Positions 9,019 to 18,242 are shown, numbered from the stretch's first letter. The stretch: DNA of 20,294 bases from Synechococcus sp. (GCA_051439425.1 JBFRWD010000160.1:1-20294), one strand, 5' to 3'. Notes: a model not told the origin generated them from the sequence alone. Numbers and translations: made by a program.

Positions 9019-10119
9019 TTATTTCCAAACTTGGCTGTAAACTCGCATCTCATTGCCCCCATAAAACTTTTTAATGGCCTCGTCCGAGTAGCCCATTTGC
9101 CAAAGTTCATCGGTAATAGCAGGCAAAATCTTAGACATTTCACCACACCCCACAGCGCCTCTATCAAAAGCATCAAACATATAGTTGTCGTCGTTATAAA
9201 TGTCGGGGGCAGCTTTGGCGAACTTCACAACTAAATCCAATTTCATCATGTCATCCGATGCAATACCCACATGGTCTTCACCCAGTAGCTTGGCGTAGTA
9301 GTCAATCATCTGAGCACATTGCAAGGGCGTAATATCGTCAGGCCAAATGCCATCCAACATCCATTCAGTAAAGGTTGGGCTCACAAACCCACCTGTTGCA
9401 GCAGCTTTTTTCGCCTGATCGTCGGTGATGTTGCGATAGCATCCTTTCTCAGTGGCATTTGGTTCGTCCTTGTACAAACCAGCAGGGCAGGAATGGGTAT
9501 AAACAACTGGTACTCCTGGATGCTTTTCATTCATGTGGGCGATCGCATCTTCTGTCGTTTGGAAACTGGCATGACTTAAGTCAACTAAAATCCCCTGATT
9601 CACCATTTCATCAATGATTTTCTTGCCCCATTCGGTCAGCCCGGTATCAGGTGTATGGAGGACATCAATACACCCGACCCCGGCTCTAAAGCGACCGTTG
9701 TAAACCAATTGCATGCTGCCTAAGCCAATCTCACGCAGGGTGGCAATTCTACTTAAATCACCACTCACGATGGTTGAGGTTTGGGAATTAAATATAATGG
9801 CGTACTTACCCGTTTCATGGGCATATTCAATGTCCCGTACACTATGGACGAACACATATCTGTCAGCATGTTGTAGAAGTGTGTTTCTCCATTTTCGATT
9901 CGTGGTCAGAAACTTTTCCCAGGGATTGTCTGTTTCGGCAATGGTCAGACTGCCCCCTGTAATACCGGTCTCCATCGCCCGCTGAAGATAGTTATGCAGT
10001 TCTTGATCCTCCGTCCAACCAATGCCAGCGGGTGACGCAAAGAAGTCAAGGCAGATAGTATCTTTGACAAATTTCTTGGCTTTCTCGGATGCCGTCCAAG
10101 TCTTACTTTCTATGCTCAT
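9019..10119 (-). CDS. Membrane (renal) dipeptidase-like amidohydrolase, peptidase M19 family, atypical metal site
   Basis: Motifs QLVYN, GLTEWGK, LVDLSH, YTHS, RNITDD, HVGIASD and IKKFYGGN. AAGGAG SD precedes the ATG at 10119 (MSIESK). No signal peptide. Confidence 0.88.
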   Translation of the reverse strand: MSIESKTWTASEKAKKFVKDTICLDFFASPAGIGWTEDQELHNYLQRAMETGITGGSLTIAETDNPWEKFLTTNRKWRNTLLQHADRYVFVHSVRDIEYAHETGKYAIIFNSQTSTIVSGDLSRIATLREIGLGSMQLVYNGRFRAGVGCIDVLHTPDTGLTEWGKKIIDEMVNQGILVDLSHASFQTTEDAIAHMNEKHPGVPVVYTHSCPAGLYKDEPNATEKGCYRNITDDQAKKAAATGGFVSPTFTEWMLDGIWPDDITPLQCAQMIDYYAKLLGEDHVGIASDDMMKLDLVVKFAKAAPDIYNDDNYMFDAFDRGAVGCGEMSKILPAITDELWQMGYSDEAIKKFYGGNEMRVYSQVWK

Positions 10120-10242
10120 GCTTCTCCTTGAAGTTGAAAATTTGTAAGTACTCAAACATTGAGGAAGGATATTGGGCGATCGAACTTGAGGAATGGAAAG
10201 TCACTTGCATGTCTAACCATCCCTCCTATCCTTCAAAAGGGT

Positions 10243-13200
10243 TTACCCTAACAGCCGGTTTAATTCCGCTACGTCGGTTTCCATGGTTTGGTTCCAAGCG
10301 GCGATCGCCTCATCAAACTGCCGATCCAACATTTCATGGACCTGCACAAAGGAAGCTGGAGGTGCTCCTTCTGAGTGAAACAGCCCCCAGTGAATGGTTT
10401 GCATTTTCACCACCAGGGTGCTGGGCTCATTGATGATCTGAATTAAGGTTTTACCCACGGGCACCAGAGTGTTGGACAACGTGGTTGCAGCAGTCTCAAT
10501 CTGATTCAGCAGAGTGCTAGCGCGATTGCCGCCCGTCCCACTGGCAACCCGCTCTTTCAAACTCTCCACCATTTCCATAGACTGAATAATCGCCAGATTC
10601 CCTTTCTCCACCGTCTCCAATGCCTTCATCCACAGGTCAAACCGGGCATCGGTTTCTGCCTGGGTGTAAGTCTCATTGGGGTTAATCCGCAGTTCAAAGG
10701 TTTCGGTTTGGCTTTCTCCATCCACTGTCAGGCGCACCTGATAGGTGCCGGGTTTAGCCATGGGAATGATTCCGGACGGAGGCTTACCCGGAACTAGCGT
10801 ATTCGAGGGATAGTTCATATCCCATACATACCGATTCAGGCCACCAATCACGCTGACCCGAGCACTACCGCCTTCAGACGTTTCACGGGTGTAGCCCAAG
10901 GCATCCAAGGTAATGAACTTTTGAGTCTCAATTTCATCCTCGGTGAAGGTCTTAATCACTTGACCGGCTTCATCCAGAATGGTGAGACTGACTTCTTGGG
11001 CCCGATCGCTCAGCAGATAGTAGATGATCGGGCCATCGGGCTGAGCATCCCCCCCTTCGATGAACTTCCGTTTGCGAATACCTTCCTCCACTCCCAGTTC
11101 GTAGAAGGTATGGCCCGGACGATGGTTTTGCACGAAGTAGTTCTTCTGGCCACCCCCAACGCCACCCCCATACAGCGACCACCAGTTGCGCCCCAGCCGA
11201 GTATGGGGGCGAGGCTTAAACAAATGGAATTTCTTCTCTGACATGCTGTCGTCATACTGACGCAGGGGGCTGATATCATCCAAAATCCAAAAGCCGCGAG
11301 CATGGGTGACAATCGCCAGGTCTTCATTTTTAACTTTGAGGTCATGAACGGGCATCGCAGGCAGGTTGTAGTTCATCCGATTCCAGGTTTGACCGTCATC
11401 GATGGAACCAAATAACCCCGTTTCTGTACCGACAAATAAGAGACCTTTGCGCACCGTGTCTTCGCGGATGGTACGAGTGATTTCACCCTGGGGGAAGTTG
11501 TCGCTCAGGTTCGCCCAGGTCTTACCGTAGTCAGTCGTCTTATAGAGATAAGGCTTGAAATCATTGGCGGTGCGATAACGGGAGGCTGCCAGGTACAGAG
11601 TAGCGGGATCGTGGGGGGACACTTCCAGCTCGTACACATCCGTATCCGGCGGGAAATCGGGGCTGACATTCTGCCAGGTCCTGCCGCCATCTCGGGTGAT
11701 ATGCACCAGACCATCGTCACTCCCCGTCCACAACACCCCTTGTTCGTGTTTGGAAGCCACCATGCGGTGAATCGTGTTGTAAAACTCTTGACCCGATGAT
11801 TCGGGCATCCAGGGTGCCCCAGTTACCAACTGTCTCGATTCATCATCTAGGGTGAGTACGGGGCTAATCGCTTCCCAATTTTGCCCCTGGTCTTGGGTGC
11901 GGAACACCACCTCAGCCGCAAAATAAACGGTATCGGGATCGAAGGGATCGAGCACGATGGGAGCATGCCAGTTAAAGCGATAGCGAGACTCTTTCGGATC
12001 GCGACCGGCATAGGTCTCAGGCCAGACGTTTTTGTGTTCCCATTGCCCGGTAACCAGATTAATTCGTTGGACCGCTCCACCCCCAATCACCATCGTACTG
12101 GGGGAACCATGCCAGATAATGTTTGGGTCACGGGGATCGGGGATGGCACATCCGGCTTCACCCGAGCCAAAAATAGTCACGTCGTTGTTGGAGATGCCCC
12201 CCCAAATTGAAGCAGAGGGCACCTTATAGCCAATCAAGTCCTGGAAGTTGCCATAAAGGTTGTAAGGGAACTGGTCGTCCACTTCTACCCGATACCCCTG
12301 GGCAGTGGGTTGGGTCCAGGGAGTGGTCCAGGTTTTGCCGCCAGTCAACGTGACCATGGTGCCACCGTCGCAGGTGCAAATCATCCGCATGGGGTTTTTC
12401 GGGTCAATCCACAAATCGTGGAAGTCATCCTTAATCCCCGTGCGTTGTACCCAGGTTTTACCCCCATCAGTCGATTGCCAGAGCTTGTTGGTACAAACCC
12501 AAAACTCGTCCCCATTCACCGGACTGGCAAACAGGTGCATAAAGTAAAAGGGGCGTACAACAACATTGGAATCTGCTGAAATAAAGGTCCAGGTGCCCCC
12601 CCCATCATCGGACTGATACACTCCAGTTTTAGTCTCGGAATCCACCAGAGCTGTAATCCGGTTGGGCATGGCTGGGGAATGAGCCAACCCGATCCGTCCC
12701 AACTGCCCCTCGGGCAGCCCAGGATTTCGAGTCAGTTCCGTCCAGCTATTGCCCCCATCGGTGGATTTCCAGATGCCGCTGTCTGGGCCACCGGAATAAG
12801 CGCCCCAGGTTTTACGCTGAAATTGAAAGATAGAGGCATACAGCACATTGGGGTTGGTCTCATCCATGACCAAGTCAATGGCCCCGGCCACGTCACTCTT
12901 AAACAGCACCTGTTCCCAACTTTGGCCACCATCGTTTGAGCGGTACACACCGCGATCGCGAGACGGGCCAAAGGCATTGCCGGGTACTGCCATGTACACC
13001 AGATCTGGGTTGGTGGGATGCACCCGCATCCGCGCCACAATCATGGTTTCTTCCATGCCCAGATGGGTCCAGCTACTACCACCATCTGTGGACTTATACA
13101 CTCCGTTGCCCCAGGAGTGGCTATCGCGCATGTTGGGTTCTCCCATACCGACATAGATAATGTCGGGATTAGAGGGAGCTAGGGCCATAGCCCCCACAGC

Positions 13201-13521
13201 ACCCATAGCAAAATCCTTTTCGCTGATGCATTCCCAGTACAGCCCAGCATCTTCGGTTTTCCAGATGCCAGCAGTGGAATGGCCGAAATAAAAGACATTG
13301 GGGTCAGTTGGATGACCGACAACCGTGGTACCCCGTCCACCAACGGTAGGACCTACAAACCGCCATGCTAAGGCTTGAAATTCACTGCCTTACGGCATCG
13401 TTATCTCCTCTGTAGAAACTTGTTGGGCCTGGGTTGAATTGGACTTGCCCAAATAATCTCCGAACACTACGGCTCCTGTAGCTAACCCCGACCATTGGAG
13501 AAAGCGTCGTCGTTTGAACAT
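10243..13521 (-). pseudogene. Tat-exported Asp-box (BNR)/VPS10-like beta-propeller glycosyl hydrolase-like protein, 1092 codons before the terminal stop, interrupted by one in-frame TAA at 13390-13392
   Basis: ATG 13521 starts MFKRRRFLQWSGLATGAVVFG...TQA-Q (twin-arginine signal), runs to ITMP*, then continues in the same frame as GSEFQALAWRFVGPTVGGRGTTVVGHPTDPNVFYFG..GIWKTEDAGLYW into the 987-aa ORF (13206). About 11 S/T-x-D-G-G-x-T/S-W-type Asp boxes and a C-terminal PGTYQVRLTVDG Ig-like domain plus a helical tail. Confidence 0.85.
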
Positions 13522-13573
13522 GGCACTCGATCCATTGATATTTGGAATTCCTGCATTGACGTTTGGGGCCACC

Positions 13574-13937
13574 TCAGTCCACAGACATGATGTTGGGATG
13601 GGTGTCAGCAATTGCGATCGCTCCGACCGACCCATACTTGAATTGGCCATCTCTTAATGGTTTCCAGCACCGTCCCGCATCTTCTGTTGTCCAGAGCCCC
13701 TCAGATGCAGAACTGTGGTAGCAGACCTTTCGCTCAGTGGGATGCCCTACGACACAAATACCGCTCCCACAAAATGGTCCAATGTCCGACAGGTTAAAGC
13801 GTCGATATCCCTCACTTCAGGCATCGGATACGGCCCTCCGTGCTGGTATCGGCAGCAGTCCTTCCTATTGATGCTGCAGTATTCAATCCAACAGTGGCCG
13901 CCGAAAGCTGCAAGAGTATGCGTTGCTTAAATCCCAT
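13574..13937 (-). pseudogene. Degenerate N-terminal fragment of a paralogous Asp-box/VPS10-like hydrolase
   Basis: Manual translation gives MGFKQRILLQLSAATVG...TSTEGRI (from 13937), a frameshift, MPEVRDIDALTCR (13824-13786), a second frameshift, then IGPFCGSGICVVGHPTERKVCYHSSASEGLWTTEDAGRCWKPLRDGQFKYGSVGAIAIADTHPNIMSVD* (13783-13574). This is colinear with the N-terminus of the neighbouring hydrolase. Confidence 0.88.
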
Positions 13938-14033
13938 GTATTGACATCAAGAATCATCGGTCTTCAATTAAATATTGGAGCTACGGCACAGCCTTTCAAG
14001 TTGCAGATATTCTTCAGGATGCGTTTACATACG

Positions 14034-14049
14034 TTGCCAGTTTGCGACG
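14034..14049 (-). promoter_or_regulatory. Candidate AraC-family operator, copy 2
   Basis: Minus strand CGTCGCAAACTGGCAA, 96 nt upstream of the ATG at 13937. Matches copy 1 at 12 of 16 positions. Confidence 0.5.
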
Positions 14050-14110
14050 GCCTTTCATACTGCCGAAGTCAGGGCAGGATTTGACAATCGTTCGTCGATC
14101 GAGTCGCTAA

Positions 14111-15412
14111 TTAGAAATTCACTCTGGCGCGAAGCCCCAACAAGCCGATAGTGTCCCGATCCGGGTTGAGGGCCGGGTTCTGCAAGAGTTGAACGGAGGG
14201 TGTGATTGCCAGATTTGGGGTCACTTGAATTCGATAAAACACCTCGGCAGTAAACTGGTCGTCGAGGCCATCTGGGGCTGGCTTCCCCCAACTCAACCCC
14301 GTACCCACCAAGTGGCTGTTGGATGGAAAAAAGCGACCGAATCCCAGACTGATATTGTGCTCCATTAGGGCTGCATCCCCTTCGGAGTAACCGGCCCGCA
14401 AAAACGGCATCCACTTATCGTCTAAAAACCAGCTGCCCGAAAATGCTAATCCCCACCCATCCGGAGAACCGATCTCTTCGCGAGCGTCAGTGTGCCAAGC
14501 AGTTAAGTGAATGTTGTCAAAATAAATCCGGTCGGGGGAAGTTGTCCAACCGAGTTCAAAATGTTTGAAATACTCGGCGTCATTGAAAAACGTATCGAAG
14601 CCGGCCTCGGTGGCATCGCCGTTGGCATCGCTAAAACCAGTCACAACATAAATGTTGTCGCTTACCATTGCTCCAATTGCAGCTCCCAGGCCTTGATTCG
14701 GGGCAGCAATTGTCGGATCGGTCAAAAACGATAAATTTTGAAATTGAGTTAGGGGGTTGGAAAGGCCATAAACGTCAACGTAGTCGGTGGGATCGACCTT
14801 GCCAAGGACGAGCGCAATGCGCCCATCGAGAACATCTTGACGCCAGTACAGATTGGTAACCCCCCATCCAATATCGCTAAATTGAGTTCCGGTAAGACCG
14901 TTGTATCCGGCTTCGAACCCCAAGTTCTGTGGCAAAACACTAGAGCTGAAAAGAGGATGTCGGTTCTCAACTTTAAAGACAATCGAACCGGGGTAGCTCG
15001 TGTCTCGGCCCAACACCGTCCAATTGCCGAAAAACCGAAAAATTCCACCACCCGCTTCGACTTCATCCGTCAGACTATCCGTCACCGTCTGATATAGAAC
15101 GTTGTAGTCGACACCAAACTGTAAGCCAATATCTCGTTCAAGATCGTTTTTGAATTGATTCCAGGGAGCGAGTACTCCTTCATCTCCCCCTAACGACCGT
15201 CGAATTCGAGCATCCTCATTCAACTCTTCCCCGACACTACTGGGGCCACCAAACCCTCTCGAATTGCTCTGGGAGCCAGCCTGCACCTCAGATGTTTCGT
15301 CGATCGCGGTCTCTTGGGCGAGCGCAACAGATGATGAGTCAAAGAATCCAAACCCAAAACAACTCGATAGGAAAATCAAGACAAAGGAAGCTGGCTTTGC
15401 TTTTGGAATCAT
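14111..15412 (-). CDS. Carbohydrate-selective porin, OprB family
   Basis: Signal peptide ending ..SVALA-QE, VFKVENRH, GKVDPTDYVD, PFLRAGYSEG, EVFYRIQVTPNLAITPSVQ and a C-terminal Phe (LRARVNF). No SLH domain seen. Confidence 0.88.
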   Translation of the reverse strand: MIPKAKPASFVLIFLSSCFGFGFFDSSSVALAQETAIDETSEVQAGSQSNSRGFGGPSSVGEELNEDARIRRSLGGDEGVLAPWNQFKNDLERDIGLQFGVDYNVLYQTVTDSLTDEVEAGGGIFRFFGNWTVLGRDTSYPGSIVFKVENRHPLFSSSVLPQNLGFEAGYNGLTGTQFSDIGWGVTNLYWRQDVLDGRIALVLGKVDPTDYVDVYGLSNPLTQFQNLSFLTDPTIAAPNQGLGAAIGAMVSDNIYVVTGFSDANGDATEAGFDTFFNDAEYFKHFELGWTTSPDRIYFDNIHLTAWHTDAREEIGSPDGWGLAFSGSWFLDDKWMPFLRAGYSEGDAALMEHNISLGFGRFFPSNSHLVGTGLSWGKPAPDGLDDQFTAEVFYRIQVTPNLAITPSVQLLQNPALNPDRDTIGLLGLRARVNF

Positions 15413-15479
15413 GTAGGATGAGTCTCAACTTACGTTCGACGATCGCTAGGTATCCTACAACAAACGAATTGTTATATCT

Positions 15480-15495
15480 TTGCCCCATTGCGACA
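15480..15495 (-). promoter_or_regulatory. Candidate AraC-family operator, copy 1, in the divergent porin/araC intergenic region
   Basis: Minus strand TGTCGCAATGGGGCAA, 67 nt upstream of the porin ATG. A TAGGAT -10-like hexamer follows 22 nt downstream. Confidence 0.5.
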
Positions 15496-15572
15496 CACTA
15501 GAAAAATTGCTGGTCGTACGGCTTCAAAGTTAAACCCGTTTCAATCAATACAGCATTACCATCGCTATCCGT

Positions 15573-16613
15573 ATGAAGCCTATATCTCTAGTGCGTGCGG
15601 CACATTTACAACCATTCGTCAGCTTTTTAGAAAAGAATTCAATTCCTACTCAGCCTTTATTGTCTAAAGTCGATATCAGCGACGACAATCTAGCGTGCGA
15701 TCGCTCTTGGGTACTTGAATCTAAGGTATGGAAATTTGCAGATCGTGCTGCTCGTATCGAGGGGATAGACTCGTTTGGCTATTGGGTTGGTGAAACAATC
15801 GTGTTTGACAACCTTAGCGATCTGGGTCGTATTCTCACTCATTGCAATACAGTTCTCGATGCCATCCGTACGTTTATTAAGCTAGCCAAGTACGAAAGCA
15901 ATCGTGCTGATTTCTCATTATCCTTTTCCAGCAGTGGATATGTATATTTCATTCGACATGGTATTCCTTCCATTGATATAGGGAACGACCAGATTGAAGA
16001 CTATGTCCTGCAAATGATGATCCGAATCGTTCGCCTGGGTGCAGGAGAGAACTGGTTTCCCTCTCAGGTGTTTTTACAAAAGGATAAAATCCCAACAGCA
16101 ATAAGAAGATCGCTAGAAAGCCAAGCCGTAGAGATATTCTCTAACTCCAAAAAAACAGTGATTGTTTTTCCAGAAGCAGTATTATTTCGAAACATTCCAA
16201 ACAAAGATAGATTTAAATTTTCCACGGACGAGCTTCACGAGAAAATCAGACATCTATCCAATCTGGAGGATGTCAACTCCAACATTGGTGCCATTCAACT
16301 CATCATTCGCGAGCAAATGAAATATGGCACAGTGAGTGTAGAACAGACAGCTCATGCCGCAGGGCTGTCGGCTAGAAACCTGCAACGATATTTACAATCT
16401 AACGACCTAACATTTACACAGTTATTAAATATGGCGAAATATCGAAAAGCTCATCAGCTGTTAACTCAAACAAGTCTAGACCTTGGAGAAATCTCTAATG
16501 CTTTGGGCTATACCGAGCAGTCACATTTTTCGCGTGCGTTTAAAAAATGGAGTGGGCAGAATCCCAATTTCTATCGTCAAAGCAAAAAAGAGAATATTGA
16601 AGAAGCGGAGTAA
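15573..16613 (+). CDS. AraC family transcriptional regulator (N-terminal ligand-binding domain + double HTH)
   Basis: C-terminal SVEQTAHAAGLSARNLQRYL and ISNALGYTEQSHFSRAFKKWSGQNPNFYR. Divergent from the porin. Confidence 0.95.
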   Translation: MKPISLVRAAHLQPFVSFLEKNSIPTQPLLSKVDISDDNLACDRSWVLESKVWKFADRAARIEGIDSFGYWVGETIVFDNLSDLGRILTHCNTVLDAIRTFIKLAKYESNRADFSLSFSSSGYVYFIRHGIPSIDIGNDQIEDYVLQMMIRIVRLGAGENWFPSQVFLQKDKIPTAIRRSLESQAVEIFSNSKKTVIVFPEAVLFRNIPNKDRFKFSTDELHEKIRHLSNLEDVNSNIGAIQLIIREQMKYGTVSVEQTAHAAGLSARNLQRYLQSNDLTFTQLLNMAKYRKAHQLLTQTSLDLGEISNALGYTEQSHFSRAFKKWSGQNPNFYRQSKKENIEEAE

Positions 16614-16670
16614 AAGACAACGTGATTTGATGATGCAGCGATCGACTAGCAGGGAACACATACAAATTGA

Positions 16671-17738
16671 CTAGGACTCCTCCTCTTCTTCCGGCGGAGC
16701 AGAAACCTCGTAATCAAGAATTTCGACAGGGAGATACCTTACCCTCAGATTGACTTCATCTCCAACGATATCTGAAATATTTTCTCGCGCAGTTTCCAAG
16801 CCATCATTCACAAGACCTTCACGGATGTTTTCTAGTGTGCTAATTACATCTAGAGTGACCCAAAATTCTCCATCCCTATATTCAACCTCCACGGCACTAA
16901 GATACGATTCTCCGTCTTCTGAATAACGAATATCGTATGGGTAGAGAGTATGACGAATTCTGTTCTCGGCTATCATCTCCTGAAAACCAAAATTGAGCGG
17001 GGACGCTATCAAAAGCATCCCTGCAAGCAATATTCCCAATACGCCGGCAGCTCTCTTCCAGCTCCCATATGAATGGTACAAAAATACTATTGCAGCACTA
17101 AGAATTATTCCAATTAAGTTGGTTAGAAATAGAAAGAACGAGCCTGTCGATAAACTTGTATCGCCAATTGCCAAGCCAATCCCAACTACACACAAAGGAG
17201 GTACAAGAGCTACTGCAATCGCGACTCCCGGGATGGCATCCGATACACTGCGGCGAATTTTTGCAAAAGCACCAGCAGTTCCCGCGGCAATAGCAATCCC
17301 CATATCGAGCAAGGTAGGTTCGGTACGGGCCAGAATTTCCGAGCCTGGAATCCGAAAGCCAATCAACTTAGTACTTACAGCTGACAGCAGGATTGTCAAG
17401 CCTATTCCGTAGAGCAAACGCACTAGTGAATAGTTGAGCAAGCGAATGTTGATGACAACGATTGAGTATGCAAAACTGATAATCGGGATCATCAGTGGAG
17501 CGACAATCATTGCACCGATGATCGTCGCGGCACTGTTCGACAACAAGCCGAATGTGGCAATCACAGAAGCCAATCCTAGTAAGATCGAAAAGTTATGCCC
17601 CAATACTTCTCGAACCATGCCAGCTGACATATTGGCTTCCGATCGCTTCTCCTCTTCAGCGTCTTTCAGAAAGTTAGATAGAGTGGCCCATTCTTGCTCG
17701 AAAAACCGGATTATTTTTCTAAAAAACATATAAATCAT
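16671..17738 (-). CDS. DUF389 (TIGR00341-like) membrane protein
   Basis: IATFGLLSNSAATIIGAMIVAPLM, EILARTEPTLLD and AIPGVAIAVALVPPLCVVGIG. Confidence 0.92.
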   Translation of the reverse strand: MIYMFFRKIIRFFEQEWATLSNFLKDAEEEKRSEANMSAGMVREVLGHNFSILLGLASVIATFGLLSNSAATIIGAMIVAPLMIPIISFAYSIVVINIRLLNYSLVRLLYGIGLTILLSAVSTKLIGFRIPGSEILARTEPTLLDMGIAIAAGTAGAFAKIRRSVSDAIPGVAIAVALVPPLCVVGIGLAIGDTSLSTGSFFLFLTNLIGIILSAAIVFLYHSYGSWKRAAGVLGILLAGMLLIASPLNFGFQEMIAENRIRHTLYPYDIRYSEDGESYLSAVEVEYRDGEFWVTLDVISTLENIREGLVNDGLETARENISDIVGDEVNLRVRYLPVEILDYEVSAPPEEEEES

Positions 17739-18007
17739 CCTTGGTCGAGCTATTGCTTAAGTTCCGGCTTAGAACATGTTGCAATAACAAGAACCATTGC
17801 GAAAAGCGATCGAATCCGATTCTTACCCATTGTACTGCCTATCGATCTGCCTTCACTCAAACAATTGGCTAAGGATGACTCTGATATCACTTAACTTTGG
17901 TGGGTCCCTCTGCGGTTAGGTATCAGCTCAACGAAATAGAATCACCTGTCAGAACTCACTTCAATCTTTTATTGTGATAAATAGGTAGATCTTCAGTGCC
18001 TGAATAG

Positions 18008-18242
18008 ATGACAATTCATTTATATTATTGAACTACTCCAAACAAGCATAAAATTACTATTTTCTTGGAGCAAGTAAAATTCTCTTACCCGTCATTCCAA
18101 TAAACAATGTCAAGGGGGAACAGTTTCAGCCGGAATTCCTCAACATTTCCCCAACAATCGAATTCCCGCTATCGTCGATCTCGAACTGGAGAACGGAGGC
18201 GAGCCTATCTCTGTTTTCAAATCTGGCGCTATCCTTACCTGA
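18008..18242 (+). pseudogene. Glutathione S-transferase (YfcG/YghU, Nu-class-like) N-terminal remnant
   Basis: Manual translation from ATG 18008: MTIHLYY*TTPNKHKITIFLEQVKFSY, frameshift, VIPINNVKGEQFQPEFLNIS, frameshift, PNNRIPAIVDLELENGGEPISVFKSGAIL. The TGA at 18029-18031 stands where Trp of the YWTTPNG motif is expected. The C-terminal domain is missing. Confidence 0.88.

Larger units (their letters stand above)
2704..15704. repeat. Dispersed HIP1 octamers (GCGATCGC)
   Basis: Seen starting at 2704, 2779, 4165, 6721, 7908, 8269, 9539, 10301, 12952, 13614 and 15697. Fewer than one is expected by chance in 20 kb. Characteristic of cyanobacteria. Confidence 0.85.

Noticed and set aside
10921..13160. 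Many short antisense and alternative-frame ORFs within the hydrolase
   Set aside because: Expected shadow ORFs of a long GC-rich gene.
13390..13392. Programmed recoding (selenocysteine/pyrrolysine) at the internal stop
   Set aside because: The codon is TAA, not TGA or TAG, it lies in a non-catalytic linker, and no SECIS-like hairpin is evident.
13390..13650. 86-aa ORF as an independent gene
   Set aside because: Its 3' half is the Tat leader of the hydrolase (real start 13521). Its 5' half is mostly an alternative frame of the paralogue relic.
13715..13930. 71-aa plus-strand ORF
   Set aside because: Antisense to the hydrolase relic, with no recognisable motifs.
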